Positions 53,387 to 63,126 of a stretch of 64,000 bases of DNA are shown here, one piece after another. The position numbers were made by a program, and so were the translations under genes. This DNA is from Acidobacteriota bacterium (GTDB lineage: Bacteria; Acidobacteriota; UBA890; WLXD01), in assembly GCA_965205505.1 (NCBI GenBank), contig CBDBHB010000009.1, positions 1,056,001-1,120,000 of the forward strand, read 5' to 3'. The stretch's first letter is position 1; each line of letters starts with the position of its first letter. Under the pieces are notes generated by a model. That model was given only the letters and a program-made list of their open reading frames with translations, was not told the origin of the DNA and searched no databases.

Positions 53387-54820
53387 CTACACATGTTTGA
53401 GCTTCCAATTTCCTTTGCGGAAATAGTAGCCGGCCACCACGGCCAGGGCCGAGAACGACACCGTCATGGCGACGAACACGCCGGTCGGACCCCAGCCGAG
53501 CACGTGGGCCGCGAACCAGGCGAACGGCAGCTCGAAGGCCCAAAAGCAGAAGAGGTTGATCCAGGTCGGTGTCCACGGGTCGCCGGCGCCGTTGAAAGCG
53601 TTCTCGAGCACCATCCCATAGGCGTAGAACAGGAATCCGCCCGAAACGATGCGTAAGCACAGCACGCCCCAGCGGTGAGGCTCGGGCAGAGTGGTGAACA
53701 GGCTGACGATGAACGGCGCGAAGACGATGAACAGCGCCCCGATGACGCCAAGAAAGATGACGTTGTACAGGCCTGCTATCCACACCGATCTCTCCGCCCG
53801 ATCGGGCTTCCCGGCACCCAGGCTCTGACCAACCATGGTGGCCGCAGCATTGCTCATCCCCCAGCTCGGCAACAGTGCGAAGAGGATCAGACGCATGCCG
53901 ACAGCATAGCCGGCGAGGACTTCATCACCGAAGCCGGCGAGGATGCGAGTGAGGCCCACCCAGCTCGCCATGCTGATGAACACCTGGAACATGCCGGCTC
54001 CCGACAGCCGCACCATCCGCATCATCAACGCTGGCAGCACGGGCAGATGCTCTCGACGGATGTGGAGTCGGCCGCCAGCTCGGCTGAGTAGCCAGAACTG
54101 GGCCAGTACTGCCGTGCCACGGCCTATGTTCGTCGCCACGGCGGCGCCGACGACTCCGAGCTCCGGGAACGGGCCGATGCCGAAGATCAACATCGGGTCG
54201 AGAAAGATGTTGATGGCGTTGGCCAGCCACAGCACGCGCATCGCCACCGCGGCGTCGCCGGCGCCACGGAAGGCGGCATTGATCAGAAACAGAAGCAGCA
54301 CCGTGGCGTTGCCACCGAGCATCACGCGGGTGTAGCCGCTGTTGGCGATGACCTCGTCGGAGGCGCCCATGAGGCCGAGCAGCTGCGGTGCCATGGCTGA
54401 ACCGGCCACAGCGATCAGCGCCGCGATCACCACACCCAGCGCGATCCCTTGCACCGCTGACCGCGCTGCTTCGTCCGGGTCGTGCTCGCCGATACGGCGC
54501 GCCACCATGGCGGTCACACCGATCGAAAGGCCCAGGCCGACGGTGAAGACCAGCGTCATCATCGACTCGGTCAGCGCCACCGTGGCGACCGCCGAGGGGC
54601 CCAGCTTGGAAACGAAGAAGACGTCGACGACCGCAAACAGCGACTCCATCGCCGTTTCCAGAACCATCGGCACCGCGAGGAGCAGCACGGCACGGCCGAC
54701 CGCACCTTCGGTGTAGTCTTGTTGCGTGCCGCGAACGGCGTCCTTGAAGTCGTTCCAGAAGGAAGAGGTACTGCTCACGGGAGTCTCCGGCAAGGAGGGG
54801 TGGAGAAGTAGGCGCGACAA
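53387..54820 (-). CDS. MATE family efflux transporter
   Basis: LAVPM..E, VDVFFVSKLG, RGAGD, LDPMLIFG. Confidence 0.93.
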   Translation of the reverse strand: MSRLLLHPSLPETPVSSTSSFWNDFKDAVRGTQQDYTEGAVGRAVLLLAVPMVLETAMESLFAVVDVFFVSKLGPSAVATVALTESMMTLVFTVGLGLSIGVTAMVARRIGEHDPDEAARSAVQGIALGVVIAALIAVAGSAMAPQLLGLMGASDEVIANSGYTRVMLGGNATVLLLFLINAAFRGAGDAAVAMRVLWLANAINIFLDPMLIFGIGPFPELGVVGAAVATNIGRGTAVLAQFWLLSRAGGRLHIRREHLPVLPALMMRMVRLSGAGMFQVFISMASWVGLTRILAGFGDEVLAGYAVGMRLILFALLPSWGMSNAAATMVGQSLGAGKPDRAERSVWIAGLYNVIFLGVIGALFIVFAPFIVSLFTTLPEPHRWGVLCLRIVSGGFLFYAYGMVLENAFNGAGDPWTPTWINLFCFWAFELPFAWFAAHVLGWGPTGVFVAMTVSFSALAVVAGYYFRKGNWKLKHV

Positions 54821-54969
54821 AGACCGTGGAGAGAGCGCGGGCGATCAGTTCGCCTGCGTTACGGTCGTTGGGTGAGCTCGTTCGCGCGCATTCTCATTGG
54901 CGAGACCCCGTGAGATGAAACGGGTCAAGGTGCTCAGACCTTACCGTCGCGGCCCGGGGCTGTCTAGCC

Positions 54970-54997
54970 GCAACGATGATCTGCTACAGGCCACTAG
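54970..54997 (-). repeat. Dispersed repeat family A, copy 2
   Basis: Reverse complement CTAGTGGCCTGTAGCAGATCATCGTTGC; its CTAG contains the SSS stop. Confidence 0.8.
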
Positions 54998-56784
54998 AGA
55001 CGACGCCACAGCCGCGTGATGCTCACGGTGGCGCCGGCCGCCAGCAGGGCGAGGAGGAAAGCTCGACCGGTGCGCCCGTAGAGCAGGTAGCCGATCGAGA
55101 ACAGCGTCATGTAGACGGCCGCAGATCCCAGCAGCATGCAGCTGAGCGCAGTCGGGAATGAAGACGCCGCGGTATCGGCGGTCTCCAGTGGCTCGCCGTC
55201 TGCTGCGGCGCGCGTGACAACGGCGGCCCATCCACGCCCGCCGGGCCGGATCTGTCGATAAAACGAGCGCAGCGTCGACTCGTCGGTAGCCGGGGTCAGG
55301 AAGGTCACCAGGAGCCATCCGACGGTGGTGATGGAAACGCCCGCCAGCAACTGCTGATGTGCGCTGGGCACCGCACCGAAGACACCGGCATGCGCAAACT
55401 GGAACCAGGCGCCGACAGCGAAGGAGATCGTCATCGCGGCGATCTCGCTGGCGGCACTAATCCGCCACCAGAACCATCGCAGGATGAACAGTAGGCCGGT
55501 GCCGGCGCCGATCTGGAGCAAGATCTGAAACGCCTGCAGCGCGTTGGACAGCAGCAGCGACACCGCGCAGGCGGCGATCATCAGGGCTGCCGTTGACAAT
55601 CGCCCCACCAGCACCAGTCGCCGTTCCGACGCTTCCGGCCGCACGAAGCGTCGGTACCAGTCGTTGACGATGTACGAGGCACCCCAGTTGAGGTGCGTCG
55701 AGATCGTCGACATGTATGCAGCCACCAGCGAGGCGATGACGAGGCCGAGCAGGCCGGTCGGCAGGAAGGTCAGCATCGCCGGGTACGCGAGGTCGTGCTG
55801 GACGACGCCCGGATCGATATCCGGGAAGGCGGTGCGCAGTGAATCGAGGTCAGGAAACACCACGATCGATGCCAGCGCCACGACGATCCAGGGCCACGGA
55901 CGTAGCGCGTAGTGGGCCACATTGAACAGTAGTGTCGCCCCCTGCGCGTGGGCCTCGTTCCGGGCCGCCAGCATGCGCTGGGCGATGTAGCCGCCGCCGC
56001 CCGGCTCAGCACCCGGGTACCAGGTGGCCCACCACTGCACCGCCAACGGTACGACGAAGATTCCCACCACCAGCGAGGAGTCGGAGAAATCGGGTATGAG
56101 GCCCAGCTTTGGCGTCACCTCGGGGTGCGCCAGGAGCGCTCTGAGCCCGCCGACCTCGGGTCGCTGGAGCGCGTACCAGGCGGCGGCGATGGATCCGAAA
56201 AGCGCCATTCCGAACTGCACGAAGTCGGTGAGAATCACCCCGGTCAGACCGCCAAGCATGGCGTACACGAGGGTCACCGAGCCGGCGATCAGGACCGTGT
56301 TGACGGGGCTGAGCCCCAGCATCACGCCGCCGATCTTGATCGCCGCCAGCGTTACCGAGGCCATGATCATGACGTTGAAGAACACGCCGAGGTACATGGC
56401 CCTGAAGCCGCGCAGGAAGGCCGCAGCTCGGCCCGAGTAGCGGATCTCGTAGAACCCGATGTCGGTTTCCACTCCGGAGCGTCGCCACAGGCGCGCATAC
56501 ACGAAGGTCGTGAGCATGCCGGTGAGCAGGAACGCCCACCAGACCCAGTTGCCGGCCACCCCATTGGTTCGCACGATGTCGGTGACCAAGTTCGGGGTGT
56601 CGGTGGAGAACGTCGTGGCCACCATCGAGACCCCAAGCAGCCACCACGGCATGCTCCGGCCCGACAGAAAGAACTCACCGGAGCTCGAGCCGGCACGACG
56701 TGCGACCGCCACGCCGATGAGCATCGAGAGTGCCAGGAAGGCGAGGACGATCGTCAGATCGAGAGGAGCGAGCTGCATGGTCAA
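54994..56784 (-). CDS. Sodium:solute symporter family protein
   Basis: FFLSGRSMPWW, ATTFSTDTP, AQRMLAA, AAYMST. Confidence 0.93.
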   Translation of the reverse strand: MTMQLAPLDLTIVLAFLALSMLIGVAVARRAGSSSGEFFLSGRSMPWWLLGVSMVATTFSTDTPNLVTDIVRTNGVAGNWVWWAFLLTGMLTTFVYARLWRRSGVETDIGFYEIRYSGRAAAFLRGFRAMYLGVFFNVMIMASVTLAAIKIGGVMLGLSPVNTVLIAGSVTLVYAMLGGLTGVILTDFVQFGMALFGSIAAAWYALQRPEVGGLRALLAHPEVTPKLGLIPDFSDSSLVVGIFVVPLAVQWWATWYPGAEPGGGGYIAQRMLAARNEAHAQGATLLFNVAHYALRPWPWIVVALASIVVFPDLDSLRTAFPDIDPGVVQHDLAYPAMLTFLPTGLLGLVIASLVAAYMSTISTHLNWGASYIVNDWYRRFVRPEASERRLVLVGRLSTAALMIAACAVSLLLSNALQAFQILLQIGAGTGLLFILRWFWWRISAASEIAAMTISFAVGAWFQFAHAGVFGAVPSAHQQLLAGVSITTVGWLLVTFLTPATDESTLRSFYRQIRPGGRGWAAVVTRAAADGEPLETADTAASSFPTALSCMLLGSAAVYMTLFSIGYLLYGRTGRAFLLALLAAGATVSITRLWRRL

Positions 56785-56813
56785 CCCGGTAGTGACGGGC
56801 CTGCGTGGTCGGG

Positions 56814-57344
56814 TTAGGGCCTTGGTTCGTCCTTCAGCACCTCGAGGTGCTCGAGGTAGCGCGAGCGCGCCGCGATGAAATCTCGATGTTCGAACTTGAG
56901 CTCGGAGACAATCTTGCGGACCTCCGCGTCCTCATCTCCGGACACCGAGCCGTCGCTAGCCGACACCGCAAACAGACAGTCGAGTAGCGCCAGCTTCTGA
57001 CCACGGTCGGCCAGGCGCTCGAACTCGCGAGTCACCAGGAAGTTCTCCGTGCCGCCAAACAGCTCGTTGTGCTGCTTGGCCATCGACGCCACCAGCACCG
57101 CCTGATCAGCCGGCAGTCCGGCGCGCTCGGAGATCAACTCCTCCATCGCGCGTGTCTCGTCTTCGCTGATATCCAGATCGGCGTGCGCTACGCGGCCGAG
57201 GATGTAGGCGAAGCAGGCCACGTAGCGCGCGTGATCGGGCTCGATCTCGCCAAGCTGCCGCGCGATGCGGCGTATTGTCTCGACGTCAGCCTCATCGGGC
57301 TGTGGCCGCTGCGCACGTCCGGTGAGCCACTCGAACAACCCCAT
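56814..57344 (-). CDS. TerB-like domain protein
   Basis: RVAHADLDISEDE; FAVSASDGSVSGDE. Confidence 0.82.
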   Translation of the reverse strand: MGLFEWLTGRAQRPQPDEADVETIRRIARQLGEIEPDHARYVACFAYILGRVAHADLDISEDETRAMEELISERAGLPADQAVLVASMAKQHNELFGGTENFLVTREFERLADRGQKLALLDCLFAVSASDGSVSGDEDAEVRKIVSELKFEHRDFIAARSRYLEHLEVLKDEPRP

Positions 57345-57961
57345 CAGTGGACGGTACTCGAGTCGCCACCTTGTAGTACTGCCATGTTCATGAGCGCGAT
57401 CACCAGGCGACTCCGGTGCTCCAGATTCGGTGCTTCGAGCAAGGCCTGCTTCTCGGAGTTGTCGAAGGGACACACCATGGCCAGTGAGTTCACTAGCTCC
57501 TCGTCGCCGCTGTCGTCGATGGCGCGCCAGTTCGCGTTCAGGCCGAAGGTCTCGAAGTAGGTGCGCAGGTTGGCCACCAGGCCCTCGCGGTCGATCTCCG
57601 CGGGTCGGGTGGCGCCGATGTCATAGGTGAAGCGCTCCCACTGCGGCTCCACCAGCCGGTAAAGCCGATCCGATGCGATCTCCCGAATTACCTCGAATCG
57701 CGAGATCCCCACCAAGCTGACCAAGTAGTGCCCGCCTTCCGCCTCCTTGAGCGAGGCGATCCGTCCGGCGCAGCCCACCGACTGCAGCTCGTGCTCGTCG
57801 GGCCGGGAGCTGGCGGGTTGAATCATGCCGATGAGTCGGTCGCCGGCCAGAGCATCTTCGACCATCTGCACGTATCGCGGCTCGAAGATACGTAGCGGCA
57901 GGCGACACCCGGGAAGCAGGAGCGCCGACTCGAGAGGAAAGACGGGCAGAACGTCGGGCAT
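57344..57961 (-). CDS. LON peptidase substrate-binding (N) domain protein
   Basis: PVFPL, LPLRIFEPRY, EKQALLEA. Confidence 0.92.
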   Translation of the reverse strand: MPDVLPVFPLESALLLPGCRLPLRIFEPRYVQMVEDALAGDRLIGMIQPASSRPDEHELQSVGCAGRIASLKEAEGGHYLVSLVGISRFEVIREIASDRLYRLVEPQWERFTYDIGATRPAEIDREGLVANLRTYFETFGLNANWRAIDDSGDEELVNSLAMVCPFDNSEKQALLEAPNLEHRSRLVIALMNMAVLQGGDSSTVH

Positions 57962-58039
57962 ACGGTGCGTCCCTTGGCTGTTGCTGTCGTTGCCCATCCC
58001 CCTGTTATAGCACTCCGGACGGATGCGGTGCCGTACCTG

Positions 58040-58282
58040 CTAGCGCAACCGATCGCGCGGCGCAGTCGGTCCGACAGGTCGGCGTAGTCGATGTTGACGT
58101 CGCCGCCGTCGATGACCATGCCGAGCGCCCAGCTCGCCTGCTTGCGCACCGCAGCGTCTTCGTCGTCGAGCGCGTCAACGAGTGCGTCCGCGGCAGCCGG
58201 ATCCTCGATCATTCCAAGCGCCCAGGCAGCTTGCTCGCGCACGCGTGCATCGGCGTCGTCGAGCAGCGTCGGAACGGCGCCG
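58040..58282 (-). pseudogene. HEAT-repeat gene 3' remnant
   Basis: LDDADARVREQAAWALG, LDDEDAAVRKQASWALG; cut off upstream at an AT-rich palindrome. Confidence 0.72.
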
Positions 58283-58284
58283 GC

Positions 58285-58322
58285 TATGCTAAAAAATTAG
58301 CATACTGCTAAATTATTAGCAT
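58285..58322. promoter_or_regulatory. Tandem palindromes TGCTAA-N4-TTAGCA x2
   Basis: TATGCTAAAAAATTAGCATACTGCTAAATTATTAGCAT; 19-bp period. Confidence 0.6.
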
Positions 58323-58357
58323 CTCCCGCGATCCTGAGCAAGGGCCGGGCGCGGCCC

Positions 58358-58636
58358 CTAGTGCTCCTGATCATAAGTACGGTGACGTTTGTGGCGCGCG
58401 CGAGCGGGGCGAATTGTAGGAGCGGCGACGAGGGCGATGCTGGGTGTATCGTCGAGGCGCCGCGACGCCCAAGGTGGCCGGTCCCGCGGCCACCCGGAGG
58501 GCAGGAGCGAGATGCGGGCGATCTCGGCGTCAGGGCTCGTCGAGGATGGCTAAGGCATCGCCTTCCTCACCCTTCCTTGATCTCGCCCGCATCTCGCTCC
58601 TGCAAACGTCACCGTACTTATGATCAGGAGCACTAG
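58358..58636. mobile_element. MITE (279 bp) with CTAG ends, IS630-like
   Basis: Perfect 34-bp inverted repeat at 58358-58391 / 58603-58636; internal 21-bp IR at 58501-58521 / 58583-58603; no transposase. Confidence 0.85.
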
Positions 58637-58644
58637 TATTCTTG

Positions 58645-58672
58645 CTAGTGTTCTGTAACAGAGGTTCGTTGC
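58645..58672 (+). repeat. Dispersed repeat family A, copy 3
   Basis: CTAGTGTTCTGTAACAGAGGTTCGTTGC; 25/28 identical to 38665-38692. Confidence 0.78.
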
Positions 58673-58710
58673 GTATTGCTGGGTCGAGATGGGGGCGAGC
58701 GCAAGGCGCG

Positions 58711-59676
58711 ATGCGTATGACGGTCCATCGCAGTAACACAGCCACCGCAGTGCGCTCCGCGATTGCCGCGTTGATAGCGGCGACCGCGCCCGCCGCGATC
58801 ATGGCCGGGTCTCCGCCGCGGCAGCAAGAACAGGATGTCGATGCATTCATGCAGCAGGTATTGCATCGCCGGGTGACGAACTGGGAGGACCTCTATCGAT
58901 ACACGGTTCGTGATCGCGAGACCTTCGAGGTGAACGGCCCGGCCGCGGTGGCCTTGGGCAGCTACCGTGGCGAGTACACCTGGTACGTTCGTGATGGCTT
59001 CATGATCCGCAGTCCGGATCGCATCGACGGGCACGCGGTCAGCGGTGAGGAGCGCGAAAGGTTCGAGCGCGATTGGCTGAAGCGCGCCCGTGACCGCGAA
59101 CAGAAGCGTTCCGAAAAACGTCAGAAGCGCGCCGCCGAGGCTGCAAAGTCGGGCAACGAGCAGCCGCTCGAGCGTGACTACTTCCTCGGGTTTCCGTTCG
59201 AGCCGGGTAACTACTATGTTGCTGGCCGGGAAGAGTTCGAGGGCATGAACCTCGTCAAGATCGAGTACTACCCGAAGAAGCTATTCGAAGACGACGAGGT
59301 TGATGAGGGCGAGGAGCCGGACCCCGAGGATCTCGAATGGGCCCACCGTTTCCAAAAGACCTCGGTGGTGACGATATGGGTGCTTGCCGAGGAGCACCAG
59401 ATCATCAAGATCGCCTACGACAACATCGGCCTCGACTTCATGCCGCTCCGCTGGTTGGTGCAGGTGGGCGACGTCGGCGCCGAGATGGTCATGCACAAGC
59501 CCTTCCCGGACGAGGACGTCTGGCTGCCGCGCGAGATCCGCGCGTCGGGTGAGGCAACGTTCGCCAATGGCTCCTACGATGTGCGCTATTCCCTCGAGTA
59601 CCACGACTACCGCGAGACCGACGTCGACGCCATCGTCCGGTTTCGCATTCCGGGCTTAGAGCAGCAGAATGAGTGA
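58711..59676 (+). CDS. Exported protein of unknown function (possible LolA/RseB-like beta-sheet fold)
   Basis: Signal peptide; AGREEFEG..., VWLP, YHDYR patterns; overlaps the downstream Omp85 gene. Confidence 0.6.
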   Translation: MRMTVHRSNTATAVRSAIAALIAATAPAAIMAGSPPRQQEQDVDAFMQQVLHRRVTNWEDLYRYTVRDRETFEVNGPAAVALGSYRGEYTWYVRDGFMIRSPDRIDGHAVSGEERERFERDWLKRARDREQKRSEKRQKRAAEAAKSGNEQPLERDYFLGFPFEPGNYYVAGREEFEGMNLVKIEYYPKKLFEDDEVDEGEEPDPEDLEWAHRFQKTSVVTIWVLAEEHQIIKIAYDNIGLDFMPLRWLVQVGDVGAEMVMHKPFPDEDVWLPREIRASGEATFANGSYDVRYSLEYHDYRETDVDAIVRFRIPGLEQQNE

Positions 59677-60943
59677 CGCTGCCCGTGGCGCCCGAAACGC
59701 GTCACGCCGTGATCCCGGGCAGCAGGTCGTGTCGTTGATTGCCGCCTCGGCAGCCGCTCTGAGCGGCGCACTGCCGGTGTCGGCGCAGGAGACTTCGCCC
59801 CCGCCGCCATCCGAGCTGGTAGTCGAGGTGCGAGTGCACGGAAACTACTCGCTCTCCGACGAGCAAGTGTTACAGATCGCCGGGGTGGTGGTGCGCGACC
59901 GAGTCACTGCGGCCGATCGTGCTGCCATCAAGCAGCGGTTGCTCGACAGCGGCCGCTTCGCGGCCGTCGAGGTGCTTGCTCGCTATCGTTCGCTGACGCC
60001 GACCGACCGCGTGTTGCTGATTCTGTCGGTACACCAGAAAACGTCGGCGAGCGACAAGCTGCTCGTCATGCCCGAGCTGCAATACAACGAGAACGAGAAG
60101 CTCAGCGTCGGCGGGCGTGTTGCTGCAAAGAACCTGTTTGGCGGCGGAGAGTTGATTTCCATTCCGGTGATCTATGGTGGTGTCGACCAGGTGGCGATCG
60201 AGGTGACGCGTGGCTGGGACAGTGGCTTTCGAGTCGGTGGCTCGGTGGGCGCGCGCCGATTCGAGAACCCGCACGCTGGGGTCGACGACGCACGCCTGTA
60301 CGCCACGGCGTTCGCCGAGCGCCGGTTGACCGACGCGCTGCAACTTCGACTCGATGGTGAGTACGCCGACGTCGACTTCGGACGTGTGAGCGAGACGCTG
60401 TGGACGTACGGTGCGAGCCTACGCTTCGACACTCGCCCCAACATGTCGTTCCCGTACGATGCCGTGGTTGCCAGCGCCGGGTGGCAACGCCTCGCCCCTG
60501 CCGCCGGCGCCGGCGCCAACCGGTTTCGCTTCGAACTTGCAGCCTACAAGACGTTGGTCGGGCAGGCGGTGCTGGCGGCGCGCGCCGTTCTGCACACCAC
60601 CGATTCGCCGCTGCCGGCCCATGAGCGGCCGTATGTAGGCGGCATGGTGTCGTTGCGCGGCTATCGGGCCGGCGCGCTTGGCGGCGACAGCGTTGCCTTC
60701 GGAGGAGTGGAGGTACGGGTGCCAGTCACGACTTCGTTCAGCATCGCTCGGCTGGGCTTCACGGCGTTTTGGGACATAGGCACCGCGTACTCGTATGGCC
60801 TGCCGATATCCCGCGCCCAGTTCGAGAACGGTGTCGGAGCCGGGGTCTTCCTGGTGGCGCCGTTGGTGCGGTTGAACCTCGACGTTGCCAACAACCTCGA
60901 GGGCGACACGCGTGTGCACTTTGGCCTCGGGTTCCGCTTCTGA
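59669..60943 (+). CDS. Short Omp85/BamA-TamA family protein (one POTRA + barrel)
   Basis: EVRVHGN POTRA, LLDSGRF; SLRGY; C-terminal HFGLGFRF. Confidence 0.85.
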   Translation: MSDAARGARNASRRDPGQQVVSLIAASAAALSGALPVSAQETSPPPPSELVVEVRVHGNYSLSDEQVLQIAGVVVRDRVTAADRAAIKQRLLDSGRFAAVEVLARYRSLTPTDRVLLILSVHQKTSASDKLLVMPELQYNENEKLSVGGRVAAKNLFGGGELISIPVIYGGVDQVAIEVTRGWDSGFRVGGSVGARRFENPHAGVDDARLYATAFAERRLTDALQLRLDGEYADVDFGRVSETLWTYGASLRFDTRPNMSFPYDAVVASAGWQRLAPAAGAGANRFRFELAAYKTLVGQAVLAARAVLHTTDSPLPAHERPYVGGMVSLRGYRAGALGGDSVAFGGVEVRVPVTTSFSIARLGFTAFWDIGTAYSYGLPISRAQFENGVGAGVFLVAPLVRLNLDVANNLEGDTRVHFGLGFRF

Positions 60944-61020
60944 GGCACGGTAGCCGGCCGCCGCTCGCCGCCACGCAGTAGGCTATCCGCTCCGGGCCCT
61001 CCGCTCCGGGGCCGTGGGCG

Positions 61021-62172
61021 TTACCTGCCGAGATGCTGAGCGAGCAACTTCATCCCGCGTCGCGTGCGCTCCGGGACGGCCGCTGTGAAGCAGGCGCGTA
61101 TGTGGGTCGGATAGGGTCCGAAGCTGGGCCCCGGTGCCACCAGAACGCCGTCGTCCAGGCAATCCTCGAGGAACCCAATGAGGCCGCGCTCGTCGAGACG
61201 CTCGGCAACGTCTACCCAGAGGAACTGGCTGCCCTCCGGAGCCGGCACACCGAGGATGCCCGCCATCTCTTCACCCAGTTGCTCGTACAGGGGTTTCGCC
61301 GCAGCGATCCACTTGTCGCCGCGGCCGTCGAGCGCCTTCGCCGCGGCGATCTGTGATGCTGTGGGGGTGCTGTAGAAGCTGTGGACGCTCACCTTGCGTA
61401 ACTGCCGCATGTGTTCCGCCGGCCCCACGACGTAGCCGCAACGGTTGCCTGCCATCCCGTAGGCCTTGGAGAAAGAGTGCACCGAGAAAGTCCGTTCGGG
61501 CGCCAGGGTACGCGCATAGCAGTGCTCGCCGCGGTACACGTAGTCCTCGTAAACTTCGTCGGCGAGGATCCAGAGATCATGTCGCTGGGCCCATTCAACG
61601 ACCGCCGCCACGATTGCCGCCGGAATCACCTTGCCGGTCGGGTTGTTGGGTGTGCTCAGGTAGACCGCCGTACAGCGTTCGGTACGCTTGGCGTCGAGCG
61701 CCTCGACTGCGGCGTCGGGTGAGTCGGCAACCCCGATGAACGGCACCGCCACCGGGTGTCCTGAGAACGACTTGACGATCCCTGCAAAGAGCGGCCAGTA
61801 GGGGGCGAGCAGTAGCACCTCATCGCCGGGATCGATCGTCGCGCCGATGGTTGCCCCCAGCGCGCCGGTGGCGCCGGCCGCCATGAGCACGTTCTCGGGT
61901 GCCGTATCGACGGTGGTGTTGGCTCGATGTCGCTCGACGACGCGCTCGAGCAGCATTGGCAGCCCGTGCGGCGAAGCGTAGCGGTGCATGCCAGGGTGCT
62001 CGTCGACCCGCAGGTCCTGCATACGGCACCCGTCAGCCGGTTCCATCCATGTGTCCCCGACATGAAGTGGGTATATCTCGCCTTGCAGGGTCTTGAGACG
62101 GGCCGCCAGCTTGGAGAACAGTGAGCCCTCCATGCCGGCTACTGAGCGAGCTACGCCAGGGTACGTAGGCAT
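61021..62172 (-). CDS. PLP-dependent aminotransferase class I/II
   Basis: TPNNPTG, DEVY, SFSKAYGMAGNRCG. Confidence 0.93.
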   Translation of the reverse strand: MPTYPGVARSVAGMEGSLFSKLAARLKTLQGEIYPLHVGDTWMEPADGCRMQDLRVDEHPGMHRYASPHGLPMLLERVVERHRANTTVDTAPENVLMAAGATGALGATIGATIDPGDEVLLLAPYWPLFAGIVKSFSGHPVAVPFIGVADSPDAAVEALDAKRTERCTAVYLSTPNNPTGKVIPAAIVAAVVEWAQRHDLWILADEVYEDYVYRGEHCYARTLAPERTFSVHSFSKAYGMAGNRCGYVVGPAEHMRQLRKVSVHSFYSTPTASQIAAAKALDGRGDKWIAAAKPLYEQLGEEMAGILGVPAPEGSQFLWVDVAERLDERGLIGFLEDCLDDGVLVAPGPSFGPYPTHIRACFTAAVPERTRRGMKLLAQHLGR

Positions 62173-62191
62173 GGCGGGTACGATAGGACAT

Positions 62192-63103
62192 GTGACGCAC
62201 CACTTCTATTCAAGCTCGTGGATCGACCGGGCCGCACGAATGCGGCTGAACGAGGAGTGGCTCCGGCAGCGTGCCGCCGACCCGGCATCGGTGTTCTTAC
62301 CGGTATGGCGGGATCGCAGCCTGGTGACCGCGGGCGACGCGCCAGCCGCCAGACTGCTGCGCGCAACGGAGTTGCCGTCGCAGGTCGCGCCCCAGGAATC
62401 TGTCTTCCTGGGCTTGGCCGAGGGCGATCTTGCCTGCTTCGCCGTGTTGCTTCCGGACAGTTCCGATCCCGACGCGTCGTGGCTCGACGGCGGCGCAACC
62501 TTCGGCGACCTGCGTCAACTCGGTCCGGTGATGGCGCCGGAGCACGCCGGCTTGCTCGCCTATGCGCGCGCCGTGGCACATTGGCACGCCACGCATCGGT
62601 TCTGTGGCTCGTGCGGCGCCCCCACCGACTCGCTGAATGGGGGTTGGCTACGGCGTTGCAGCAGGACCGGCTGCGCTCGCCAGCATTTTCCCCGCACCGA
62701 TCCGGCGATCATCGTTCGGGTAGTACACGGCGAACGGATACTCCTCGGCCGACAGGCGGCGTGGCCGAAGCGCTGGTACTCGGTGCTCGCCGGCTTCGTC
62801 GAGCCCGGCGAGAGCCTCGAGGATGCCGTGCGTCGCGAGGTGCTGGAGGAGACGGGTATCGCTTGTGACGATGTCCGCTACGTGAGCGCGCAGCCCTGGC
62901 CGTTCCCGGCATCGCTGATGCTCGGCTTCAGCGCGGTGGCCGAATCCGACACGATCACGCTCGGCGATGAGGAACTCGAGGATGCACGTTGGTTTACTCG
63001 CCAGCAAATCGTCGATGCGGTCGAGGCAGGCGAGCTACGCTTGTCGCCCGAGATCTCGATCTCGCGCAGCCTCATCGACGCCTGGATCGACGGTCGATGC
63101 TGA
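62192..63103 (+). CDS. nudC: NAD(H) pyrophosphatase / NAD-cap decapping Nudix enzyme
   Basis: FCGSCG zinc ribbon, FPRTDPA, Nudix box, QPWPFP. Confidence 0.95.
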   Translation: MTHHFYSSSWIDRAARMRLNEEWLRQRAADPASVFLPVWRDRSLVTAGDAPAARLLRATELPSQVAPQESVFLGLAEGDLACFAVLLPDSSDPDASWLDGGATFGDLRQLGPVMAPEHAGLLAYARAVAHWHATHRFCGSCGAPTDSLNGGWLRRCSRTGCARQHFPRTDPAIIVRVVHGERILLGRQAAWPKRWYSVLAGFVEPGESLEDAVRREVLEETGIACDDVRYVSAQPWPFPASLMLGFSAVAESDTITLGDEELEDARWFTRQQIVDAVEAGELRLSPEISISRSLIDAWIDGRC

Positions 63104-63126
63104 GGTATTGGAGCCAAAGGCCTACT

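Noticed and set aside
58285-58322. CIRCE (HrcA) element
   Set aside because: Lacks the TTAGCACTC-N9-GAGTGCTAA spacing, and no chaperone gene is adjacent
60986-61009. TCCGCTCCGGG short direct repeat between convergent genes
   Set aside because: Too short and low in complexity to interpret
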